DNA of 64,000 bases, taken from positions 1 through 64,000 of the forward strand of contig CAXHJY010000964.1 in the NCBI GenBank assembly GCA_964016885.1, written 5' to 3'. Numbering within the stretch: position 1 is the stretch's first letter; each line of letters begins with the position of its first letter. The notes under the pieces are model-generated. The model worked only from the letters and a program-made list of their open reading frames with translations. It was not told the origin of the DNA and did not search any database. The DNA is from Eledone cirrhosa (Eukaryota). The position numbers and the translations under genes were made by a program. Below, one piece after another: positions 13,480 through 27,144 of the stretch.

Positions 13480-14092
13480 TTGGAATAGAATAGAAAGAAC
13501 TACGAACAAGGCCAATAGAATAAACTCATGGTATGATAGCAATAAATACCAGAGTGTAATGTTCATCAATACAACCCCTAGAGGCGAACTAGCCTACAAA
13601 TTTAGAAGGGCCCTAAAGAAACATAATCTCAATATTAAAATAGTAGAAAGACCTGGTACCTCAGTAAAAACACTTATTAGCAAGACATACCCGTTCCAAA
13701 GACCCTCATGTATAGATAAGAAATGTATAACCTGTAAAATAAGCCCCCATATTAACTGTAAAACTAGAAATGTAGTATATAGCATAAGATGTACTGAAGG
13801 ACAATGGAGAAGCAAAAATATAGTGTACGTAGGTGAGACAGCTCGTAGTATAGGGGAACGAATACATGAACACTGGCGAGACCTCCAAGATAATAAAGAA
13901 TCATCTGTGCTCTACCAACATGCTAAGATAGAACACAGGGGTAAATTAGAGAGCATAGAAATAAAAATAGAATCCACACACAAGAAAGACGCAATGTTTA
14001 GGCAAATTACAGAGGCAGTAAGCATAAAAGAATTAAAAACAAAATTAAATAGAAAATATGAGTGGAACAGCAACATCAAAACTTACAATTAA
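13480..14092 (+). pseudogene. Inverted copy of the family A GIY-YIG domain
   Basis: WNRIER...YVGETAR...YEWNSNIKTYN matches the minus-strand copies. Confidence 0.9.
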
Positions 14093-14409
14093 GGACAAAA
14101 TGAAAACACACACACACATAGAACAAACAACTTACAATTGAAAACACACACAAAATGAAAACACACACAAGACAAAATGAAAACACACACACACATAGAA
14201 CAAACAACCAACCAACAATAAATAAATAAATAAATAAACAAATAGAAAAATATAAATAGAAAAATAGAAAAATGAACGCAAACACACGCAGACACCCGGA
14301 TGTGGCGCATGCGCATGCGCATGCGCAGACTGAGCACGCAACCCACACACAAACAAAATGGCGTAGGATAGAAGAAAGGAAAGGCACAGAAACGAAGAAA
14401 GAAATCCCC

Positions 14410-14454
14410 AGTCACTGAAGAGGTCACAGAGTGTGTGACGAAAGAACTATGACT
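14410..14454 (+). ncRNA. Type-I hammerhead, family A (further copies 11600-11644 and 13123-13167 on minus)
   Basis: agtcaCTGAAGAggtcacagagtgtgtgacGAAAgaacTAtgact. Confidence 0.75.
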
Positions 14455-14668
14455 ATATATATATAAACAACTATCTGGTTGTGGAACCAACCAACCAACC
14501 AGAAATTTATAAATTTGTAAATTTATAAATATATAATAAATTAAATTGAAGTGAAGCAACTGGTGCGTGTGTTTCTTATTGGCAACATGACCCTCCCAAA
14601 GTATAACAATATCGGTTTCAACACACGATTTCAGATAAAGAATCTTGCTAAACAAATTCAGAAACGAA

Positions 14669-14669
<1 letters not shown>

Positions 14670-14706
<37 letters not shown>

Positions 14707-14882
14707 ATATATATATGTGTATATGTGTATATGTAGGTGTATGTATGTACGTGTGTGTGTGTGTATATACATATATATATATTTATTTATTTATGTATAC
14801 GTATGTGTGTATGTGTGTACGTATGTGTCTGTATAATGTGTGTATGTGTATATATGTATTTGTATGTGTATGTATGTGTATG

Positions 14883-14951
<69 letters not shown>

Positions 14952-14992
14952 GTATGTATATATGTATATATGTATATATGTGTGTATATATG

Positions 14993-15029
<37 letters not shown>

Positions 15030-15200
15030 ATATATGTGTGTATGTGTGTATATATATGTATGTATGTGTATATATGTATATATATATATATGTACATGTA
15101 TATATATGTATATATATATATATATGTGTGTATGTGTGTACGTATATGTGTGTGTGTATATATATATATATATGTGTGTATATGTATATATATATATATA
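14670..15200. repeat. Mixed (TG)/(TA)n microsatellite
   Basis: Direct reading. Confidence 0.9.
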
Positions 15201-15626
15201 TAGAGAAAATTGAGGTTGGTAATGGCACATGGAATATATAAGAGACAGAATACTTTTTTGTGAAAAAACATAATTTTATAAGGTAAGGAAATAATAAAGG
15301 GTATAAAAAATGACCGGTTTCGATGGGTCTGCAAAAGCCATCTTTTCAAATGTTGATTAATATTAAGAAAAATTAATAATACGAAGAGTTAAAATTTGAG
15401 ACTTGAAAATTCAAGTATAAAATTCATTGTGGGATTTCATAGCAGTTTTCCTCTAGGTAGCAACAACAGGTTGACTGCTGTGTCCCTTTCTGGTAGTGAA
15501 TGAGAAGTTATTTGGGGTGTGGGTTATTTTATAAAGGTCAGATTTAGCAATAGCCAGCTGCTGGTCAGTGAGGGGGTGGAAGCAATATACACACACATAC
15601 CTTCATCCACACATACATACACATAC

Positions 15627-15689
<63 letters not shown>

Positions 15690-15760
15690 CACACATACAC
15701 ATACACACACACATACATATACATACACACATACACACACACACACATATATATACACAT

Positions 15761-15825
<65 letters not shown>

Positions 15826-15856
15826 TATATATACATACACATACATCCAGATACAC

Positions 15857-15958
<102 letters not shown>

Positions 15959-16261
15959 CCACACATACATACACACACACATATATATATACATACACAC
16001 ATACAAACATACACACACACACACACACATATATATATACACACATACACACACATATATATACACACACACACACACACATGCATATATATATATATAT
16101 ACACATACGCATACATCCAGATACCCACATACATACACACACACACACACACACGCACACACAATACATACATCCACATGCACACACATACTCACACACA
16201 CACACACACACATACATACACCCACACACAGAGAAATGGCCTTCAAATATATATATATATA

Positions 16262-17748
16262 TAAACCCTTTCTACAACATATACAGAGCTACATACGAGA
16301 TGACCTTGACATGCTGAAACACCTCCCTAAAACAGTAAGTGCAAATACAATTCTTGTCTCCTTTGACGTAATAAACCTCTACACAAACATACCTCACAAC
16401 TATGGAATAACAGCAGTCCAATACTGGCTTAACACACACCCATCAGAAATACCGACACGCATCAACACAGATTTTATCACTGACGGACTCCGCTTTATCC
16501 TACAAAATAACTACTTCACATTCAATGGTTCAACATACAGACAAGTATCAGGTACGGCAATGGGCACGAAAGTAGCACCCACATATGCCAACCTAGTCAT
16601 GGGATTCCATGAACAACAAATATACAGTCAGTCCCTTCTCTTATTTGGAGACTCTTTCCACACACACCTCAAAGCCATGGAAAAGATATCTAGACGACTG
16701 CTTTATCCTATGGCAAGAAGACATGAACTCACTTACTACGTTTAAAAACATGATAAACAACATAGATAATAACATACAATTCACAATGGAATCCAATCCT
16801 AAGGAATTAGCCTTCTTGGATATTCTCATCTCTGTAATAGACGGGAAATTAGATACAGATATATTCTATAAACCCACAGATTCCAAGCAATACCTCTTTT
16901 TCACATCAAGTCACCCAAAACATACAAAACTTAACATTCCTTACAATTTGGCCAAACGTATATGTACCATAGTATCAGATCCACCTAAACGGGAGCAAAG
17001 ACTAAAGGAACTAAAAGACACCCTTATCTTAAGAGCCTTTCCACTTGAAATAATCAACAATGGAATAGACAGGGCAAAACACCTAAATCCCCATCAACTT
17101 AACAATCCAAAACAGAAAACCACACTCAACACCCTGCCATATGTATCCACTTTCAACCCCAGAAATACCGAAATGTTTGATCACCTACACAAAAACCTCC
17201 CCATCCTACTTAAAGATGTAAAAATGAAGTCTATTCTTGAAACACACAAGATCCTTAAAAGTAAAAGACAACCCAAATCACTTAAACGCATTCTCACTGG
17301 ACCAAATATACCCAAACCAATCCTCAACCCTACAGTTACCAAATGTGGTAGAACAAACTGTGGAACGTGCCTCTACCTCACTGAAGGACAAACATTTACA
17401 TTCAAAGATGGCCAAACATTTACAGTAAAAAACAATTTCACCTGCAACTCGGAGAACTTGATTTACGCAATAACTTGCGGTGGGTGCAAACACAACTACA
17501 TAGGACAGACGGGCACTTCATTACGCAAAAGAATGACCATCCACCGCCAACAAATCCGGGACGCTAACACAAGAAAAATCCCCTTGAGCAGCCATATTGC
17601 GAACTGCGCAGGAATGACACTACCCAACTTTAAAATCTTCCCCTTCTACAAGTGCTCAGATTCGTTCACACAACAACAAAGAATAAACAAAGAAAATCTA
17701 TTCCTTAACAAATTTAAACCAAAACTAAACGGGTTATCACCCCAATAG
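16262..17748 (+). pseudogene. Neptune-like PLE RT/GIY-YIG, one frameshift near 16660
   Basis: [56 protein letters not shown] linker, NLIYAITC..CKHNYIGQT..RMTIH. Confidence 0.9.
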
Positions 17749-18272
17749 AATTGTCATAAAATATAAACACACATACGCACGGAATCACTACTATTAAAGA
17801 CCAGAGACCAATTCTGTAGAATCAGGTTTATTCATTGACAGACCATGCCTTTGTGTGACCAACACATCCATGTTAAACCCTGCACGTGCACACACGTATA
17901 TCTATATATATATGCGCACACAGAATTATTTTAATTTCACTGCCCCAACTTCTTATATTATGGAAAAAATATATGTGTCTGTATGTATATATATATATAT
18001 ATATATTTGAAGGCCATTTCTCTGTGTGTGGGTGTATGTATGTGTGTGTGTGTGTGTGTGAGTATGTGTGTGCATGTGGATGTATGTATTGTGTGTGCGT
18101 GTGTGTGTGTGTGTGTGTATGTATGTGGGTATCTGGATGTATGCGTATGTGTATATATATATATATATGCATGTGTGTGTGTGTGTGTGTATATATATGT
18201 GTGTGTATGTGTGTATATATATGTGTGTGTGTGTGTGTGTGTATGTTTGTATGTGTGTATGTATGTGTGGGG

Positions 18273-18380
<108 letters not shown>

Positions 18381-18411
18381 GTGTATCTGGATGTATGTGT
18401 ATGTATATATA

Positions 18412-18470
<59 letters not shown>

Positions 18471-18541
18471 ATGTGTATATATATGTGTGTGTGTGTGTAT
18501 GTGTGTATGTATATGTATGTGTGTGTGTATGTGTATGTGTG

Positions 18542-18590
<49 letters not shown>

Positions 18591-18862
18591 GTATGTGTAT
18601 GTATGTGTGGATGAAGGTATGTGTGTGTATATTGCTTCCACCCCCTCACTGACCAGCAGCTGGCTATTGCTAAATCTGACCTTTATAAAATAACCCACAC
18701 CCCAAATAACTTCTCATTCACTACCAGAAAGGGACACAGCAGTCAACCTGTTGTTGCTACCTAGATGAAAACTGCTATGAAATCCCACAATGAATTTTAT
18801 ACTTGAATTTTCAAGTCTCAAATTTTAACTCTTCGTATTATTAATTTTTCTTAATATTAATC

Positions 18863-18910
18863 AACATTTGAAAAGATGGCTTTTGCAGACCCATCGAAAC
18901 CGGTCATTTT
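18863..18910 (+). ncRNA. Hammerhead-like motif with variant core, family I (mirror copy 15307-15354 on minus)
   Basis: aacat TTGAAAA gatgg..ccatc GAAA ccgg TC atttt. Palindromic stem III; core departs from CUGANGA at two positions. Confidence 0.55.
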
Positions 18911-19046
18911 TTATACCCTTTATTATTTCCTTACCTTATAAAATTATGTTTTTTCACAAAAAAGTATTCTGTCTCTTATATATTCCATGTGCCATTACCA
19001 ACCTCAATTTTCTCTATAACCTTCGTTTTGTGTAGAAAATTACACT

Positions 19047-19099
<53 letters not shown>

Positions 19100-19101
<2 letters not shown>

Positions 19102-21094
19102 AGGGTGTTAAAGTTTGCTTGAAGCATTGTGAAATGTGTAAAATACGTATTTAAGAAAGCCACAACAATGCAGAGGGAAATCTCGAGGTAGGAAGTGAAA
19201 GATAAATAGGAAAAACAGGTGAAAGTGAAAATTGAGAGAGACAAAGATGAAAACAAAACAAAGGTAGAAGGGTTACCGTAGTAGAGATTTAATCCCAATA
19301 TTTCGGGCTCACGCCCATCAACGGAGGAAAGTTCCAAAAGGGGGGGAACAGGCCAAGCGGAGAAAGTTGTGATGTCGTTAAGACAGGAATGCCGTTATGG
19401 GGAGAAAATTATTTAAAATTTAAACGAGGGAAAGAATGCGCGTGCGCGTGATAGGCTGTGGCAAAAGCTACTGACCAAATGGGTTAAATCAAGAGGGTGC
19501 GCTAGCGTGTGAAAGCCGTAAGATATGTGTGTGTAAATATATATGTGTGTGTAACTGTGTGTGTATAAGTGTAAGTGTGTATATGTGTGAGTGTGTGTGT
19601 GTGTGAAAGATAGTGGGCTGTAGAAGCTGGAAATCAAAGGGTGTGAAAGGTGGTAGGTTGTAAAACATGTGTGCGTGTATAAATATAGATGTGTGTGTGT
19701 AAGCGTATGGGTATACATGTGTGTGTAACTGTGTGTGTATATGTGTGAGTGCGTTTGTGTGTGAAAGATAGTGGGCTGTAGAAGCTGGAAATCAAAAGGT
19801 GTGAAAGGTGGTAGGTTGTAAAAACATGTGTGCGTGTATAAATATCGATGTGTGTGTGTATGCGTATGGGTATGCATATACGTGCGTGTGTGTGAAGATA
19901 GCAGGCCGTAGGCTGTGAATGGTCATTATGGTTAAGTTAGCCATGTCAGCTCATTTCTCTCAGCCCGGTTGTTAAGTGGGGGTCTGAGGTTCTTAATAAC
20001 AAGTGCTTCCTTTATCCTTAAGGATCCGATGCTGCGTTCAGTCGCTAGGACTGTGACCAAGGGTCTACCCTGTGGGTTTCCGCATTTAAGGATGTGTTTA
20101 CGGAAGGAAGATGCGTTGGTGTTGATATGTTCCTTGATACGAACATGTAGGGGTCGGATGGTGCTACCTATGTAAAACTTGTTACATTTATCGCATTGAA
20201 TCTTATATACGACATAGGTGCGTAGGCAATCTGCCCCCCGTATCGGGCAGTTGCTGAGGGAACACGTCCCACCTGACTCGTCGGGTTTGTTGGAGAGGCA
20301 TCTTCGCAGCGAAGGTCCTGTGTGAGCCAAATGTATGTCAAGTCCCTCCGTCCGTATGGCCCTGCGGATGGCGTTCGTGGTATATTCACTCAGGTGGGGG
20401 ATTTTAAAGAAGCACCTGCTATTATTTAATTTTCTAGTGGGTGTCTGTCTATTGGGTCTGGGGTCTCTAATTCCGTTAATCAGTCGCTTGGGATAACCAT
20501 TAGATCTGAGTAGATTACGGAATTGCGTGGTATGGGTGAGACCACCCATCGGGTCGCTGCATCTGTTAGTGATCCGTGTCAGTTCATTTAGGACATAGCC
20601 TCTCTTAGCGTTGTTGGGGAGGGCTGAGTTATAATGCACAAATAAGTCTTTGCACGCTGCTTTGCGGTAGAAGGTGGTGTTTATGTCTCCTTCTTCCGAG
20701 ATGTTGATACGGAAGTCGAGGAGGGCGAGTGACCCGTCTTCTCCTAGGTGTTCGATGGTGAAATCGACGTGATGGTCAGTATCGTTGAAGATTTGGTGAA
20801 TTTCATTCGCCATCTCCCGGGAAGAAGTAAGTATCAGGATATCATCAACGTATCTGGAGTAGAAGGCGACGGCGTTGGGTTGGCAGGTATTGAGTGCCTT
20901 GCGTTCCAGGTGGTCCATGTACGAGATCGCAAGATGCCGGACAGACTAGAGCCCATAGGTAGCCCAGAGATTTGTTTGTACGTGTGGCCGAGGAAATTGA
21001 AGAGTGCATTATCCACAACGAAGGAGAGGAGTTGGTGGATGTCCGTGTGTGTGAGTCCGAAGCAGTGTAAGTTAGATGCTCGGACTCGTTCGGT
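19100..21094 (-). mobile_element. PLE family J, 5'-truncated; 3' UTR has a ~180-bp tandem duplication
   Basis: RT/GIY-YIG ORF followed by a CA-rich UTR. Possible decayed HHR (gggc-gtga-gccc GAAA) near 19300-19325. Confidence 0.85.
19932..21085 (-). pseudogene. PLE RT/GIY-YIG fragment, frameshift near 20925
   Basis: [56 protein letters not shown]...RIKEH, E...I...P.LN. Confidence 0.9.
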
Positions 21095-21119
21095 ATATAT
21101 ATATATGTGTGTGTGTATA

Positions 21120-21150
<31 letters not shown>

Positions 21151-21234
21151 GTGTATATGTGTATATGTATGTGTATATATATATTTATATATGTATGTGT
21201 GTGTATATGTGTGTGTGTGTGTGTATGTATATTT

Positions 21235-21281
<47 letters not shown>

Positions 21282-21362
21282 TATGTATGTATGGTGTATG
21301 TGTGTATATATATTTGTGTGTATGTGTGTATATTAGTATATATGTATATATGTGTATATGTC

Positions 21363-21417
<55 letters not shown>

Positions 21418-21436
21418 GTGTGTATGTATGTGTGTG

Positions 21437-21477
<41 letters not shown>

Positions 21478-21517
21478 GTGTGTGTGTATATATGTGTATG
21501 TGCGTATGTGTGTGTGT

Positions 21518-22136
21518 TTATGGGTGCGCGCGAGTGTGTGAGTGAGTGTGTTTTGTGAATGTGTCTGTTGATTTTTGGCATATAGTTGAATAGTTTAAGA
21601 GAAATTTGAAGATAATTGTAAGATATGCACTCAATATTTTGAATTTGTCTATAGAATTCTCTAAACCTTTGTCACTTAGTAGATCCTTAAAGAATTTAGC
21701 TTTTAAAGAATCTCCCTTTCCTTTAAATCTATCTACCATGACTGACCCCACTGATCTTATAGACACCTGTTAGCTTAAGAGAAACTTAATAATAAGGAGT
21801 GTCATGCCATCCTGAACCTGTTTATAGAATTCTTTCTGCCTTTGTTACTCTAAAAATAAAAATAATCTATAGCTTTGTAGAATTAGCTTTTAATGAATTC
21901 CCTTTTCTATCAACCAATGACCTACACCCATCCCACACCCCACCCTCTCCTACCACTTGTAGAGACCTATAAATACCATACTTATTTTTTGATACCCATA
22001 TTCCTGATGATTTCTAAAGAATGAAACAGTTCTAGTCCTGTAGAATCTCATCTATATTAAAACTTTCATACTCTGCAATGTATTGAGTACCTTACTTACT
22101 GTGATTACCTCCGATTCAACCCGGAATAACGTACCT
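21518..22136 (+). mobile_element. ORF-less PLE 3' UTR/pLTR unit, family M, copy 1
   Basis: Closely similar to 33553-34188. Contains an HHR. Microsatellite flanks. Confidence 0.75.
22000..22046 (+). ncRNA. Type-I hammerhead, family M
   Basis: attc CTGATGA t-ttc-taaa-gaa-t GAAA cag..ctag..ctg TA gaat; GUA cleavage triplet. Confidence 0.75.
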
Positions 22137-22183
22137 ATATATTATATATATATATATATATTATATATATATATATATTATAT

Positions 22184-22328
22184 GAATTCGCAGTATCCGT
22201 AGGGGGTTGGACGCCATGTTTTCTAGCATAGTTACGTCCCTTTACAGTCTGATTTAAATCCCGCCGAGGTTAACTTTGCCTTTCATCCTTACGGGGTCGA
22301 TAAAATAAAGTACCAGTAATGTACTGGT
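22184..22328 (+). mobile_element. tRNA-derived SINE with Deu/Nin-like domain
   Basis: Decayed A/B boxes followed by gcctttcatccttacggggtcgataaaataaagtaccag. Related copies at 22923 and 52371. Confidence 0.75.
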
Positions 22329-22530
22329 AATATATTATATATATATATATATATTATATATATATATATTTTAGATATATATATATATTATAGATATATA
22401 TATATTATAGATATAGATATATATTATATATATATATTATATATATATATATTATATATATATATTATATATATATATATTATATATATATATTATATAT
22501 ATATATATATTATATATATATATATTATAT

Positions 22531-22898
22531 AGTGGTGGAACACTGGAAGGTAATATCCGTAGTGGTAGAGCACTCAGTCCAAGGGACGAGTTAGGTAGTA
22601 GTGGTTACACAACACTTAGTTCCCCATACTGAGAACAATTGTTTCACCTTCACGGATCTTCAGCTCGGGATGTATATGGTTATAGAAACAGGAAGGACAA
22701 CTGTACGAACGCGCATGCACAGGGACTCGGTCACTTCACACAGGCAATCTACCTGTGTTAAGTGACCGAGTTTCTGCGCATACGCGTTCGTACGGTTGTC
22801 CTTCTTGTTCCTATAACCATATACATCCAGAGCTGAATATCCGCGAAGGTGAAACAATTGTTCTCAGTATGGGGAACTAACTGTTGTGTAACCACTTC
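22531..22898. mobile_element. PLE family C solo pLTR fold-back (arms ~22596-22743 and ~22752-22898) with two opposed HHRs (~22630-22668 minus, ~22829-22867 plus)
   Basis: Matches 32160-32385. GAAA caattg TT ctc in both arms. Confidence 0.8.
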
Positions 22899-22922
22899 TA
22901 TATATTATATATTATATATATA

Positions 22923-23028
22923 TCCCGCCGAGGTTAACTTTGCCTTTCATCCTTACGGGGTCGATAAAATAAAGTACCAGTAATACACTGGTTAATTGCT
23001 GGCCTTGTGCCAAAAGTAAAATCAATTA
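22923..23028 (+). mobile_element. SINE fragment (Deu/Nin-like domain)
   Basis: Same core as 22260-22328. Confidence 0.7.
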
Positions 23029-23047
23029 TATATATATATTATATATA

Positions 23048-23397
<350 letters not shown>

Positions 23398-25011
23398 AAT
23401 ATATATTATATATATATATATTATATATATATATATTATATATAATATGAGATCAAAAGATGGTTAAAGGAGTTCAATATATTTTATTATGCGCATTTCA
23501 AAAACAAACATCATCAAACAATAATATTTGTGTTTTCATCAGATAAAACAGGAGAACATGATATGAAGGCTAAAAAAACACTTGTTGATAGTGCAGTTTT
23601 AAATCAACATATGAAAAGTGGTTTTAGATTGATGTGTGATATTGGGAAAAATATTTTATTTAGAGAGGGGGGGAGAGAAAAGGATGAAAAGGGAAGGAGA
23701 TGAGAGGGAGAGATGGGTGATAGAGAGAAAGAGATAGTTTTTATAACTGAGAGGAGATATATTTTATATAGAGGGGTTGAAAACCGTTGGAAGATACTGT
23801 ATAAATTAAAAATTTTGAAAATTAACGAAGGGAGGATATGTGCGAGGAAAACATATATTATATTTAGGGAGGGGTGGGGGTGGAAAGGATGAAAAAAAAG
23901 GGGAGGAGATGAGAGTGAAGGTGGAAAGGGAGAGATGGGTGATAGAGAGAAAGAGATAGTTTTTATAACTGAGAAAAAGATATAATGTTTTAATATAGAG
24001 AGGTTGGGAACCGTTGGAAGATAATGTATAAATTAAAGGAATTTGAAAATTAACGAAGGGAAATTATGTATGGAGATAGAGAGAAAAAAATAACGAAGGG
24101 AAATTATGTATGGAGATAGAGAGAAAAAAATAATAATTGTGGGTGAATATTCTAACGTCAAAAGGAGAAATGTAGGAATTTTAAAATTAGCAAAGAGAAA
24201 AAGTTTATGTGTAGAAGGATTTGAGAAAAATAATGTGAAGTTAAAGTTTTTATATTGAATTCATATGTATTAATAATGAGTTCGTTGATGGGGAGAAAAA
24301 AATAATAATAAATTAAGGATGAAATTGAGATTAAAAAGATTTATGATAGAGAGAAAAAATAATAATGATTGCGGATGAATACTCAAAATGTCAAAAACAA
24401 ATGTTATTGTTTTACGAGGAGATATAATGAGGGTGATGAGTAAACGGGTATTATAGAGTGTATAATGCCCTTTAAAGTAAGGTAGATGGGTATATTTTAA
24501 AGAATATATGAGTATATATTAAAAAAAATATATAATAATAAATTAAGGATGAAATTGAGATTAAAAAGATTTATGATAGAGGGAAAAAAATAATAATGAT
24601 TGCGGATGAATATTCAAAATGTCAAAAACAAATGTTATTGTTTTACGAGAAGATAGGATGAGGGAAATGAGTAAACGAGTATTATAGAGTGTATAATGCC
24701 CTTTAAAGTAAGGTAGATGGGTATATTTTAAAGAGGTGTATGTATATGTGCCTTTGAGAAAAGATTCTAAATTGATAAAGAATTGAATATTAACTGTATA
24801 CTTTGTGAAAAGTTCTATGGAATTTATGCAGGCAGATGGAAAACAAATCCGAGCGTCTATTTATTATGGATTCTAGGTTAGAGATAATGGTAAATTTTTC
24901 ATTTAGGCAGAGATTACAGATTTTAGATAGAGAGCTGTTCAAGTACGAGGATGCAGAAGAAATCTTTTTCCAAAAGATGTTATATTTAATGTTTTTGTCT
25001 TTTAAGGACCA

Positions 25012-27144
25012 TTCAAGAGATACCCTTACAAAGGACAAGAGCACCTTGTAAATCTCAAGAACACAATCTCTAACCTAAATTCCTCAAAAAATGTTTTAGT
25101 CCACTCTGACAAAACCAATAACCTATATGGTATTTCCAAGGATAATTATAACAACCTTATCCTAAAGGAACTTAGGAAAAAGTATCGTAAAACCAACCAT
25201 GAAAATTTAGAATGCATAAACCTTGAAGCCTATGAGATTATGTCAAAACTTGGCATTGAAAAAAAGACCGAACCATTCCTCCCAAGAACTCCGAGGATAA
25301 ATCTCAAGGATCACAAAAACAATTTTCGCACTGAACTACCTGTTAGATTAATCGCCCCCTCTAAATCTGATCTGGGGGTTGTTAGTAAAGCCATCTTGGA
25401 TAGGATTATCCCACAGGTTAGTTCTAATTGCTCTTCTTTAAACCTAAATTTATGGTTTGGTACTTCTGAAGTGATTGGCTGGTTCAACAAATTGGATAAT
25501 AAAAACAAACTAAAATTTATTCAATTCGATATTGCCAGCTACTATTCCTCCATTTCGCCTTCACTTCTCAATAATGCTCTATCTTTCGCACTTAAATATT
25601 CTGACATCACCACAGATGAACTTCACATCATCCTCACCGCACGTAAAACCATCCTAGAGTTCAACAACGAATATTGGACCAGAGCCGATACCTCTAACAA
25701 CTTCGACATCACAATGGGAGCATCCGATTCATCCCAATTGACTGATTTAATTGGTATCTTCATTTTGAACTCTTTGAGTCGGAAAATTCCTCAACTTCGC
25801 GGTGGAATTTATCGTGACGATGGACTCTTTACTATCCTAAATTGCAATATAGTTAAACTTAATATTATTAAGAACAATATACGTAATCTCTTTAACCAAC
25901 ATAACCTAAAAATTGAATTTGATAATAGTACCAAACTAGCTAATTTCTTGGATGTATCTCTTAATCTTGACACTGGCCTATATTACCCTTACCATAAAAA
26001 CAATGAGAATCTTAATTATGTTAACTTTAAATCTAACCATCCTACCAATATCAAGAATGCTATAGTTAATAATATTGGAAATAGAATATCTAACATATCT
26101 TCTAATAAAAACATCTTTGATGCTAACGCCAATTACTATAATAACGCACTTTCTAAAGCCGGCTATCCAGATAAAATCAAATATAATAAAGAAACAAATT
26201 CTAGGAAAACTTACAGTAGAATATTTAATCATAACCATTCCAATAATTTTAATAAAAGACCTAGATACAAAAACATAATCTGGTATAATGCTCCTTTCTC
26301 CATCTCTATTAATAACAATATTCCTAAATTATTTTTTAGTGCCTTAAATAAATGCTTCCCTCCCTCACATATCTATAGTAAAATATTTAACAAACACACC
26401 ATCAAATTTTCGTATTCTACATCCTCCAATATTTCCAACATCATCTCTAAACACAACAACAAAATATTAAATACTAAATCTCTTCCTTCCAATATTGAAT
26501 CTCATAATAACAATAATAGTACTCCTGACGTCATTGTAAACCCTAGGCTAACTTCTGTAAACCCAAATGCAACGTCAAACACAACTTCGCTAAATGTTCA
26601 TAATCCAACTCTAAATCAAGAAACTATTATTCCTATTATTCCTATCGCAAACAACTTCTCCAATCCAATTCCTTCTATAGATAATACTAGATCACTCATT
26701 AATAATCTCTCTAATTGCAACTGCCGCATTAAAAATAAATGTCCTCTCAACAACCATTGCCTCGATAAAAACTTAATTTATGAATGTAAAATTATAACTA
26801 GCACCAATTCCTTCACCTATTTTGGCTCCACTTCCACCTCTTTTAAAGCTCGTCTCTATAATCATCATTCATCTTTCAAATACAAACTTAAAAGAACTAA
26901 CACTGCTCTCTCAGAACTCATATGGTCCTTAAAAGACAAAAACATTAAATATAACATCTTTTGGAAAAAGATTTCTTCTGCATCCTCGTACTTGAACAGC
27001 TCTCTATCTAAAATCTGTAATCTCTGCCTAAATGAAAAATTTACCATTATCTCTAACCTAGAATCCATAATAAATAGACGCTCGGATTTGTTTTCCATCT
27101 GCCTGCATAAATTCCATAGAACTTTTCACAAAGTATACAGTTAA
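25012..27144 (+). CDS. PLE RT/GIY-YIG (YRDD type), uninterrupted but 5'-truncated
   Basis: Frame is open from 25012 (FKRYPYKGQEHL..HSDKTNN) into the 634-aa ORF: RLIAPSKSDLG, QFDIASYY, MGASDS, GIYRDDGL, CNCR..CPL..CL, YFGST..FKARL..H, CNLC..EK. Confidence 0.9.
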   Translation, partial: FKRYPYKGQEHLVNLKNTISNLNSSKNVLVHSDKTNNLYGISKDNYNNLILKELRKKYRKTNHENLECINLEAYEIMSKLGIEKKTEPFLPRTPRINLKDHKNNFRTELPVRLIAPSKSDLGVVSKAILDRIIPQVSSNCSSLNLNLWFGTSEVIGWFNKLDNKNKLKFIQFDIASYYSSISPSLLNNALSFALKYSDITTDELHIILTARKTILEFNNEYWTRADTSNNFDITMGASDSSQLTDLIGIFILNSLSRKIPQLRGGIYRDDGLFTILNCNIVKLNIIKNNIRNLFNQHNLKIEFDNSTKLANFLDVSLNLDTGLYYPYHKNNENLNYVNFKSNHPTNIKNAIVNNIGNRISNISSNKNIFDANANYYNNALSKAGYPDKIKYNKETNSRKTYSRIFNHNHSNNFNKRPRYKNIIWYNAPFSISINNNIPKLFFSALNKCFPPSHIYSKIFNKHTIKFSYSTSSNISNIISKHNNKILNTKSLPSNIESHNNNNSTPDVIVNPRLTSVNPNATSNTTSLNVHNPTLNQETIIPIIPIANNFSNPIPSIDNTRSLINNLSNCNCRIKNKCPLNNHCLDKNLIYECKIITSTNSFTYFGSTSTSFKARLYNHHSSFKYKLKRTNTALSELIWSLKDKNIKYNIFWKKISSASSYLNSSLSKICNLCLNEKFTIISNLESIINRRSDLFSICLHKFHRTFHKVYS

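Larger units (their letters stand above)
7160..14669 (-). mobile_element. PLE family A composite insertion: full unit (7160-11463), partial tandem units (11464-13020, 13021-13479) and inverted 3' segment (13480-14669)
   Basis: Direct repeats of pLTR plus GIY-YIG at 7180-8720 and 11464-13020. Inverted copy of GIY-YIG plus pLTR at 13480-14669. TA flanks. Confidence 0.92.

Noticed and set aside
13190-14092. 300-aa membrane-like protein fused to GIY-YIG
   Set aside because: Chance fusion across an inversion junction: antisense pLTR joined to the inverted endonuclease.
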